The notes beneath the pieces were generated by a model, which was not told the DNA's origin, made no database searches, and worked only from the letters and a program-made list of their open reading frames with translations. Made by a program: the position numbers and the translations under genes. From the NCBI GenBank assembly GCA_017477485.1, contig JAFUVR010000037.1:6949-70948 (forward strand): 64,000 nucleotides of DNA, in the 5' to 3' direction. This DNA comes from Bacteroidales bacterium (GTDB taxonomy: Bacteria > Bacteroidota > Bacteroidia > Bacteroidales > P3). This document shows positions 29,662 to 36,334 of this stretch, one piece after another. How positions within the stretch are numbered: position 1 is the first letter of the stretch; every line of letters starts with the position of its first letter.

Positions 29662-30210
29662 GTGAAAAGCAATAACGCAATGAAACTCTACAAAAAGATC
29701 TACATCAAACTCCTCGTCTACCTCGGCAAAGCCGTGGACATCAGTTCCAGCGGCCACTACCCTGCCGACGTGCTGTCGAACATCAAGGGCAACAAATTCA
29801 CCATCGACGGCATTGAATGCGGCAGCATGGAAGGTTTTCTGCAAGCACTGAAACAAGACGATGCCGAGACCCAGCGCCACCTCTGTGCTCTCAAAGGACG
29901 CGAGGCACGCCGACGCGCCACCCGCGACTGGCAGCGCGACCAACGCCTCTGGTGGCAGGGACAGCCAATAGGCCGCGAGAGCGACGAATACCGTGCCCTC
30001 CTGTGCCGTGCCTACGACACACTCTTCGAGCAGAACGTAGCCTTCCGCATGGCACTCCTCTCCACCAAAGGCAAGCGGCTCTTCTACAGCCACGGACGCC
30101 ACAACCCCAAGAAAACCATCCTCACCGAACAAGAGTTTTGCCAGATACTGACCGACCTGCGTGCCAAGAACGCTGACCGCAAAACCTTCGGCACAGGCTC
30201 GCGCCACTGA
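29662..30210 (+). CDS. Hypothetical protein, possibly a divergent NADAR (YbiA/DUF1768-like) domain
   Basis: By-eye pattern match to the NADAR layout: LSNI..KFTIDGIECGSMEGFLQALKQDD...KGREARRR ... LFEQNVAFRMALLSTKGKRLFYSH ... EQEFCQILTDLR. The alternative start is ATG 29680. Its last 84 nt are duplicated at 31491-31577. Confidence 0.6.
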   Translation: MKSNNAMKLYKKIYIKLLVYLGKAVDISSSGHYPADVLSNIKGNKFTIDGIECGSMEGFLQALKQDDAETQRHLCALKGREARRRATRDWQRDQRLWWQGQPIGRESDEYRALLCRAYDTLFEQNVAFRMALLSTKGKRLFYSHGRHNPKKTILTEQEFCQILTDLRAKNADRKTFGTGSRH

Positions 30211-30213
30211 GGC
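30127..30213 (+). repeat. Direct repeat copy A (functional 3' end of the NADAR-like gene)
   Basis: 29-nt perfect core GAACAAGAGTTTTGCCAGATACTGACCGA and the shared end GCGCGCCACTGAGGC (copy A reads TCGCGCCACTGAGGC). 69/87 identical to 31491-31577 by hand alignment. Confidence 0.85.
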
Positions 30214-30368
30214 CTTTTTACCCAAGATACCCCTAACACGAAGTTGTGCCCCCTCCCCTCGTCCACATGATGAGAGGGAGGGGCTTGGCATTTGGGGCTA
30301 AAAACTGCATTCTATCTTACACAGCACCACCTTAATTCCCCTACCCTACCACCATAAAAGATTTTTTG

Positions 30369-30376
30369 TATCTTTG
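30369..30376 (+). promoter_or_regulatory. -7 promoter box TATCTTTG inside the insertion
   Basis: 121 nt upstream of ATG 30497. Confidence 0.4.
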
Positions 30377-30496
30377 CAACGATAAACAAACAAAACGCCG
30401 CCCCTATAACAGCAGAGAATTGCATCACACAAAAAAACTAATTCCACATCATAAAACAAGTCAATCAGCCCATAGCGCGAGCGATTATAGTCGGAA

Positions 30497-30715
30497 ATGG
30501 ATAAGAAAACATTGGAATTTGTAACCTACTGCATCGTTAAACTATCAGCGATGCTGAATTTGCCACAACGAGAAGTCTATAAGCGGCTTAAAGACTCGGG
30601 GATATTGTATGGCTATATCATTCCATCGTATGATGTGTTACATACGTTCAGTTCGAGGTACCTAATGGAAGACCTCACCGATTATATGAGAGAGAAAGGA
30701 GTGCTCTCGTCATGA
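30497..30715 (+). CDS. DUF3791 domain protein (copy 1)
   Basis: 72 aa, LEFVTYCIVKLSAMLNLPQREVYKRLKDSGILYGYIIPSYDVLHTFSSRYLMEDL, the typical DUF3791 pattern (from memory). 4-nt overlap with the next gene. Confidence 0.7.
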   Translation: MDKKTLEFVTYCIVKLSAMLNLPQREVYKRLKDSGILYGYIIPSYDVLHTFSSRYLMEDLTDYMREKGVLSS

Positions 30716-31182
30716 GGCTATATCATTCATCAAATATTATCGTTGAATGCCCTGACACGAAGCATTCGCGCCACTACCTTGATTTTGGTCGTGGTTTCTA
30801 CCTTACCTCGTTGCATGAACAGGCGGAGCGGTATGGGCAACGATTCAAGCGCAGAGGGCAACAGGCTTGGCTGAATACGTATGAGTTTGCTTGTGATGAC
30901 ACTCTTTGGAACATTAAACGTTTTGACAGTTATGACAAGCAATGGCTCGACTTTGTGGCACAATGTCGTGACGGAAAGGATGTAGGCGATTATGATCTGG
31001 TAATTGGCGGTATTGCCAACGACAGAGTAATTATCACGTTGGACCGGTATTTCACAAGAGAAATCACGCAGGAAGATGCCCTTGGAATGCTGCGATTTGA
31101 GAAACCGAACATTCAATACTGTATTCGGTCAGAAAGTATGTTGCGGGAATGTCTCACTTATATCGACAGTGAACAATTATGA
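30712..31182 (+). CDS. DUF3990 domain protein (ADP-ribosyltransferase-fold superfamily, candidate toxin)
   Basis: MRLYHSSNIIVECPD...LDFGRGFYLTSLHEQAERYG... matches the DUF3990 N-terminal signature (LYHGS...FG.GFYlT). Its membership of the Pfam ADP-ribosyl clan is from memory. Confidence 0.7.
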   Translation: MRLYHSSNIIVECPDTKHSRHYLDFGRGFYLTSLHEQAERYGQRFKRRGQQAWLNTYEFACDDTLWNIKRFDSYDKQWLDFVAQCRDGKDVGDYDLVIGGIANDRVIITLDRYFTREITQEDALGMLRFEKPNIQYCIRSESMLRECLTYIDSEQL

Positions 31183-31418
31183 GCGAAGAAGGCAGACAGG
31201 CTATGAGAAGCGCACAATGTGCACGAATCATTATGTGTATCAGCGAGATGTTTGGCGTCTCGCTCAATGACGCAACAGACATCTATTACAATTCCGACAC
31301 GGCCAATATGATAGAAGACGGCGTTGCCGACCTCCATTGTCGTAGTGACAAATATCTGGCAGAGGAAGTATGGAGAGAATATAAAGAATCCATCCCCACA
31401 GGTAAGGCATGTCATTAG
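31179..31418 (+). CDS. DUF3791 domain protein (copy 2)
   Basis: 79 aa, ARIIMCISEMFGVSLNDATDIYYNSDTANMIEDGVADLHCRSDKYLAEEV. 4-nt overlap with the DUF3990 gene. Confidence 0.65.
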   Translation: MSEEGRQAMRSAQCARIIMCISEMFGVSLNDATDIYYNSDTANMIEDGVADLHCRSDKYLAEEVWREYKESIPTGKACH

Positions 31419-31490
31419 TCGGCATAGGACCACCAACGTGTGAGCCATTTTTTTGGAGCAAACTCTAAAACCAAAGAGACAGAAGCGAGC

Positions 31491-31577
31491 GAACAAGAGT
31501 TTTGCCAGATACTGACCGAGTAGCGTGAGAGATATGCCGACCGCAAAATCATGGTCAATGGGGCGCGCCACTGAGGC
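31491..31577 (+). repeat. Direct repeat copy B (decayed, displaced 3' end; in-frame TAG)
   Basis: Reads ..EQEFCQILTE*RERYADRKIMVNGARH* in the frame homologous to copy A, and is followed by the hairpin 31596-31635. Confidence 0.85.
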
Positions 31578-31595
31578 AAGCATCCGTACTATTAC

Positions 31596-31635
31596 ACAAC
31601 GAGGGAGACCCAATCAGTTAGGTCTCCTTCGTTGT
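31596..31635. terminator. 15-bp hairpin between convergent units (island/old gene end vs tatC)
   Basis: ACAACGAGGGAGACC-caatcagtta-GGTCTCCTTCGTTGT (one G.U). There is no clean U-run on either strand. Confidence 0.45.
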
Positions 31636-31681
31636 TTGGTCAAAGATCCTTCACATTGACTCAGCATGGAGGGTAGTGCCG

Positions 31682-32452
31682 CTAATCGGTCTTGGCCGTC
31701 CACCGGACGACGCGGATGCTGACTTCATAAAGAAGATAGAGTGGCATCGAGACGAGTATGAGTGTCATCAGGTCGGGAGGGGTGATGACAGCTGCCACAA
31801 ACATGATGACGATAAAGGCGTGGCGACGGTAGCGTGATAGTAGCGCGGACGTAATCAATCCCATCTTTGCCAGAAAGAAAGCAATGATGGGCAGCTGGAA
31901 CACGAGGCCCATCACCAGCGTCAGCGATGTGAACGTGCGAATGTACGAATCAATTGTAATCGTACTATGTATTTGGTCGGAAACACTGTAGTTGCCCAAA
32001 AAGCGAAACGAGATGGGAAACAAAACAAAATAGGTCATCAGCACGCCCACGATGAAGAGTGCGTAGATAACAACGGCCACCGCCACGGAGTGGCGCCGCT
32101 CGTTATCGTACAAGGCTGGAGACACGAAGCGAAACAATTCAAAAAGGATGTAGGGCGATGCACCGAGCAGCCCAAGATGAAAAGCCGTGGTGATGTGACG
32201 CATAAACTGGCTCGACAGGTCGGTAGCGATGAGCTGTATGTGGTACTCGGCGAAATGGAAATCCACGCCCAGACCTTGCAGCAAGTGCTCTATCCAACGG
32301 TAGGTAACGAAATCCCACTGTGAGGGTGCCAACAGTAGACGCCACGTGGCATCCTTGAAGCAAAACACCACGACGGTTATAGCAAGCGTGACTGCGAGAA
32401 TGCGCAACAGCATTTGGCGAAGCACCTCCAAGTGTTCGCCAAATGTCATCAT
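31682..32452 (-). CDS. tatC: Twin-arginine translocase subunit TatC
   Basis: MMTFGEHLEVLRQMLLRILAVTLAI.. with six TM segments. Start set at ATG 32452, 16 nt after the tatA stop; the longer ORF overlaps tatA. Confidence 0.85.
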   Translation of the reverse strand: MMTFGEHLEVLRQMLLRILAVTLAITVVVFCFKDATWRLLLAPSQWDFVTYRWIEHLLQGLGVDFHFAEYHIQLIATDLSSQFMRHITTAFHLGLLGASPYILFELFRFVSPALYDNERRHSVAVAVVIYALFIVGVLMTYFVLFPISFRFLGNYSVSDQIHSTITIDSYIRTFTSLTLVMGLVFQLPIIAFFLAKMGLITSALLSRYRRHAFIVIMFVAAVITPPDLMTLILVSMPLYLLYEVSIRVVRWTAKTD

Positions 32453-32468
32453 CTGCTCCGTGGGCTGG

Positions 32469-32702
32469 CTATTGCCGCTCCCCGTCCTCGCCCGATGGCG
32501 GCTGTTGCGCAGGTGGTACTTCCTTTTCATCTTGCTGGTCGCCTGAATCTTCGGCCATGGGGTCGCTCATGCCTTTCTTGAAACTCTGCACGCCCTGTCC
32601 CAAACCTTTCATCATCTCGGGCAGTTTCTTGCCACCGAACAGTAGCAGGGCTATGCCGCTGATGAGCAGCAACTCGGTAGTACCGATAAATAGTAGTTTC
32701 AT
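32469..32702 (-). CDS. tatA: Twin-arginine translocase subunit TatA/E
   Basis: [45 protein letters not shown]: TM helix, hinge FGG and amphipathic helix. Confidence 0.85.
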   Translation of the reverse strand: MKLLFIGTTELLLISGIALLLFGGKKLPEMMKGLGQGVQSFKKGMSDPMAEDSGDQQDEKEVPPAQQPPSGEDGERQ

Positions 32703-32713
32703 AGCGGTTTATG

Positions 32714-33037
32714 TTATTCAGAAAGGAATATCTCGCAAGTCTCGAAGTTTATCTCCCAGTGGCCGTTCTCGGTACCTTGCCATTGATACTGGGCAGCCAT
32801 GCGGTCCCACCAGTTTTGAAATTTAGTGCCTGTCTCGCCCATATCCTTCACCAGTTTCTGATAGAGGACGTCGTTATCGGGAGTGAGAATTTTGGCCAAC
32901 TCGCTGAGGCCGTTGCGGCGTTCGAAGAGACTCTGTATCTCGTCGCGTTCCTCGGCAGTTACATATCCGATTTTTGTCTTCATGGTTCGTGTTTTTTCAA
33001 TGATATTTTGTTTGACATCTGTTATGAAATCAACCAT
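32714..33037 (-). CDS. Small accessory protein of the CXXX-repeat peptide modification system
   Basis: 107-aa ORF (internal start MKTKIGYVTAEERDEIQ at 32983 is equally possible). Predicted helical. It sits 11 nt upstream of tatA and 51 nt downstream of the SPASM gene. The family name is from memory of NCBI/TIGRFAM naming. Confidence 0.6.
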   Translation of the reverse strand: MVDFITDVKQNIIEKTRTMKTKIGYVTAEERDEIQSLFERRNGLSELAKILTPDNDVLYQKLVKDMGETGTKFQNWWDRMAAQYQWQGTENGHWEINFETCEIFLSE

Positions 33038-33088
33038 GCTTGATTGACAACCTAACCCTGGTCAATTGTTTTCTTGGTCAGGCGAAAG

Positions 33089-34036
33089 TTACCATTCTTT
33101 ACGCACGTCGAAGGGGTCGCTGTAGTCTATTTCCTTTATCTCCACTTCGGACATGAAGGTTGCCTTCTCCCTTACGTTCGCCAGCAACCGTCGCGTGGTT
33201 TCGCGCTCGGTGTGTGCCATGACACATTGCTCATGGCTTGGTGTATTCACCTCGTAAGTCATCTTGCGGTTCAGCCACACGCAGCGACGGCAATGCCACA
33301 CATCGCAGTGGCGGCACAGCGGGGCATGGTCCAGCCGCAACAACTGAGGGTTGCGGATGTCAAGTCCCTCCGCCACGGATCCCACGTTATCATCGGCATC
33401 AGTGTAGTAGAACGCCGGACAGAGGTAGAACCGCCCATTAGGTGCCAATGTGATGTTCTCTACGCCAGCGTTGCAGTGGTTAGGTTTATCCAGCATCATG
33501 CGGTCGGTTAGCAGGTTCAACTGCGGTGCGCACCCTGTAAGATACTCCGCCTTCACGACCTCCGCCAGCGTGTCCAGCACCTCTCTGTACTTCGGCAGCT
33601 CGGCATCCGTAATAGTCTCCACGTCGGTAATCACCACGTTGAGCCGTGCCACCTGCTGCGTCAACTGAGCCACAGCATCGACCGACTTGAAGAGCCCCGC
33701 CTTCGTTATCCGCAGCACGTACGGCACATTTCGGAGAACGGGCGACTCGCCCGAGAGTCCGTCCATGACCACCACATCGGGTTCCTGCACAGGTCTGTCG
33801 CCCGTGCCCCACGGCACAATGTCGTGGTGGTCAATGGTGTCTATTACGTCCAGATACTCCTGCGGCAGTGCGTAGTTGGGATAGACCATCTGCACCATCA
33901 AGTTCTCCATCATGGCATAGCGAATGCTCATGCGCAAGTCGTCGAGACCTATCAGTCGGCGTTCCTTGTGGGGATTGTCGCAATGGCAGTAGCTCACCGA
34001 TGTGTCGTCCAACAGTATTACAAGATATTGCATCAT
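33089..34036 (-). CDS. SPASM-domain protein lacking the canonical radical SAM CxxxCxxC motif (CXXX-repeat peptide maturase-like)
   Basis: Start chosen at MMQYLVILLDDTSVSYCHC (34036, 4 nt after the upstream stop); alternative ATG at 34081. The N-terminus has only CHC. The C-terminal Cys cluster is HCNAG..LCPAF..LCRHCDVWHCRRCVW..EQC. Confidence 0.7.
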   Translation of the reverse strand: MMQYLVILLDDTSVSYCHCDNPHKERRLIGLDDLRMSIRYAMMENLMVQMVYPNYALPQEYLDVIDTIDHHDIVPWGTGDRPVQEPDVVVMDGLSGESPVLRNVPYVLRITKAGLFKSVDAVAQLTQQVARLNVVITDVETITDAELPKYREVLDTLAEVVKAEYLTGCAPQLNLLTDRMMLDKPNHCNAGVENITLAPNGRFYLCPAFYYTDADDNVGSVAEGLDIRNPQLLRLDHAPLCRHCDVWHCRRCVWLNRKMTYEVNTPSHEQCVMAHTERETTRRLLANVREKATFMSEVEIKEIDYSDPFDVRKEW

Positions 34037-34040
34037 GACT

Positions 34041-35288
34041 TTAGCAGATTTCGGGGTTAGACTTACGGTGATTTTTCTCATACTCCTCACGGTGCTCCTC
34101 CAGTTCCAACTTACGGTAGAGCTTGTTCCAGTAGTAGTTGTTGGCCCGCACACGGGCTTTGTGCATCAGGCAAATGGCTGTCGAACGTTCATAGATAGTG
34201 TTGGTCCGTGCGGCATCGTAGTTCTCGCCCTGACACCATGCACAGCCACTCGCCACCTCGCAATCGAGGCACTTTTGTGGGCTCTGCGTCACACGATCCA
34301 GCGTCAGGAACGGCCGCAACAGGTTCTGGTTGATACCATCCTTGATGTTGCCGATAACGAGTGCTCTCTTCTCTCGCAGCGAATACTGCGCAAAGCGTGT
34401 GCAGGGGTACAATTTGCCCGCGGCGTCCACGCTCAGCATCCGTCCCGCGCCGCACCAGTTCTGGTTATCGCGCTCTGGATCCAGCGGTTTGCCTATCTGC
34501 TCGCTGAAGAACGAGCAGGCATAGTCCTCATAATAGCCACCGTCAATGATGGCATCGGCCAGTGTCATCAGCTGTTCCTCGAAGCGACTATCATCGCCCT
34601 CCTGCCACACATCCTCGAACACCACGTTGATGTTCACCTGATGGATGCCCAGCGAATAGAGGTGTAGCACACTTTCCGTGATATACGGAATGTCGGTACT
34701 GCTGATGGTTACCTTCGTCCCCGCATCAGGAAACTGCTTTAGCCACAGCGGGATGTTACGCACCACGTCGTTGTACGACCCTTTGTCCGACGACAGCGTG
34801 ATGCCGTTGGGGTCAGTGGATGGCTGCTTGTACACACGGTTCATATCGTGCTTCCGCTCCGTGCCGTCGATGGTGATACCTATCGACAGGTGGTCGCGGT
34901 TCTTCTCGATAAAACGCTGCACCTCGGGCGTGTGATAGTTGATGCCGTTGGTCGAGAACGAGAAACGGTACGAGTTGAACCAGTGATGGTTCAGTTCGAA
35001 CATACGCAACTTCAGGTAGTCGCATATGCGGTCAATCAGTGCAATCTCCAGAAATGGCTCACCGCCGATGAAGTCCCAAATCACACTTTCTTCCGGAAAT
35101 TCGCTCTCATGCGATAAAACATAGTCAATAAACTCCTTGGCCGTTTCCCACGACATCCGCTCTTTCATGTTCTTCCCCACCAAGTAGCAATACTTACAGG
35201 CCAGCTGACAGTCCTTCGTGACGATAAATGTAATATTCTTCGCCATGCCAGACTGCCATAGCAATGTTTCTTTTTTTATAGTATTCAT
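34041..35288 (-). CDS. Radical SAM/SPASM peptide maturase (anaerobic sulfatase-maturase-like), CXXX-repeat target type
   Basis: Radical SAM cluster motif ITFIVTKDCQLACKYCY. SPASM cysteines are WCGAG..YPCTRF..CLDCEVASGCAWCQG..AIC. Confidence 0.85.
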   Translation of the reverse strand: MNTIKKETLLWQSGMAKNITFIVTKDCQLACKYCYLVGKNMKERMSWETAKEFIDYVLSHESEFPEESVIWDFIGGEPFLEIALIDRICDYLKLRMFELNHHWFNSYRFSFSTNGINYHTPEVQRFIEKNRDHLSIGITIDGTERKHDMNRVYKQPSTDPNGITLSSDKGSYNDVVRNIPLWLKQFPDAGTKVTISSTDIPYITESVLHLYSLGIHQVNINVVFEDVWQEGDDSRFEEQLMTLADAIIDGGYYEDYACSFFSEQIGKPLDPERDNQNWCGAGRMLSVDAAGKLYPCTRFAQYSLREKRALVIGNIKDGINQNLLRPFLTLDRVTQSPQKCLDCEVASGCAWCQGENYDAARTNTIYERSTAICLMHKARVRANNYYWNKLYRKLELEEHREEYEKNHRKSNPEIC

Positions 35289-35351
35289 TTCTTTATAGGC
35301 AAAACACCACCAAAATATAAAATGTGTCGATTTTTACCATATATCCTTTGA

Positions 35352-36074
35352 CTAATTAATTTTTATTACCTGACTTGCTGGTGGGAAAACAAAAGACATC
35401 CCATAACAACTCCCTGTACAAAAACCAGCACAATTCCCGATACAGGAACTTGTACACAACGTTTTGCAACTATATTCACATGATTCCTTACAACTATGTT
35501 TACATGATTCCTTACAGGAATAATAGCATGACTCCTTACAGGTCTCAGAACAGGAACCACTACATCCTGATTTACAATCATGAGAACATGACTGCGCGCA
35601 ATTTGTAGTACATGTCCCACTGCACGTACTTTTACACCCACCAGAACAAGACGATTTACATCCAGCCTTACAGCTATCTTTGCACCCACCAGAGCAATCG
35701 CGACAACTTGAAGAAGTACTATGACTATTAGAGCTAGAACTATTGGAAGACGACCCCGCACAACTATAGCCACATGAGCCACTACATTGGTAATAGCACG
35801 AGCCTTGACATGTCCCTGTGCATCCTTGACACAGATTTGAACAGGAACCGCTACAACTACTTTTACATCCACCATAACATAACTGATAACATGTTTCAGT
35901 ACATGCAGTAGCACATGAATACGGGCATCCTGTAGGATGCAATTTCCCATCTGCTGCCGATGACATATCTACAACTGCTACCATTCCCAAAAGAGGAAGT
36001 AACCCATTGGCTGCCACTTTAAAGAAGGTCCTTCTGCTTTGTAATTTGTCTTCTTTTTTCATATCGTTTTTCAT
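35352..36074 (-). CDS. Tat-signal CXXX-repeat polycysteine protein (putative radical SAM substrate)
   Basis: Start at ATG 36074 (MKNDMKKEDKLQ) or 36062. Twin-arginine motif SRRTFFK plus an h-region and SSA-A. It has 41 Cys in two blocks (15 + 26), with 37 CX3C and 2 CX2C spacings, separated by the Ser/Asn linker AGSSSNSSSSNSHSTSSS. Confidence 0.8.
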   Translation of the reverse strand: MKNDMKKEDKLQSRRTFFKVAANGLLPLLGMVAVVDMSSAADGKLHPTGCPYSCATACTETCYQLCYGGCKSSCSGSCSNLCQGCTGTCQGSCYYQCSGSCGYSCAGSSSNSSSSNSHSTSSSCRDCSGGCKDSCKAGCKSSCSGGCKSTCSGTCTTNCAQSCSHDCKSGCSGSCSETCKESCYYSCKESCKHSCKESCEYSCKTLCTSSCIGNCAGFCTGSCYGMSFVFPPASQVIKIN

Positions 36075-36087
36075 AACTACAGGGTAT

Positions 36088-36334
36088 AAAAAAACCGCGG
36101 GCTTCTGTTGAGGCTCGTGGTTCTGGACTACCATCTATCAAACAAGAAAGCTCGCGATTGCTCACGAGCGTTCCGCTTCTTGTTGATAGATAAACAAATT
36201 TGTCCAGAATTTGAGCCTATCAAGAAAGCAAAAACGCTTTTTATCTATTTCCCTTCGATTCTAAATCTTCTCTATATTATTCGTATTCAGTTATTTTTTA
36301 TATACTACATTCACGGATTTGCACCACAAATATA
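36088..36334 (-). promoter_or_regulatory. Promoter (-7 box TATATTTG 36327-36334, -33 TTTG 36354-36357) plus ~245-nt structured leader, copy 1
   Basis: Nested helices at 36121-28/36202-09, 36135-48/36177-89 and 36150-69. Hairpin plus U7 at 36088-36120. The core is repeated at 63600-63730 (see findings). Confidence 0.6.

Larger units (their letters stand above)
30214..31577 (+). mobile_element. 1.36-kb AT-rich insertion (no recombinase) carrying a DUF3791-DUF3990-DUF3791 module and ending in the displaced old 3' end of the target gene
   Basis: Bounded by the 87-nt duplication. GC is visibly lower than the flanks. It has its own TATCTTTG promoter (30369-30376), and its three genes have ATGA overlaps. 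Confidence 0.55.

Noticed and set aside
31158-31613. 151-aa minus ORF across the right end of the insertion
   Set aside because: It runs antisense to the second DUF3791 gene and through the decayed repeat copy B. It has no coding features.
35366-35950. 194-aa minus-strand alternate-frame ORF inside the CXXX-repeat gene
   Set aside because: It is kept open only by the 12-nt periodicity of the Cys-repeat coding sequence. The frame with the Tat signal and CX3C register is the biologically coherent one.
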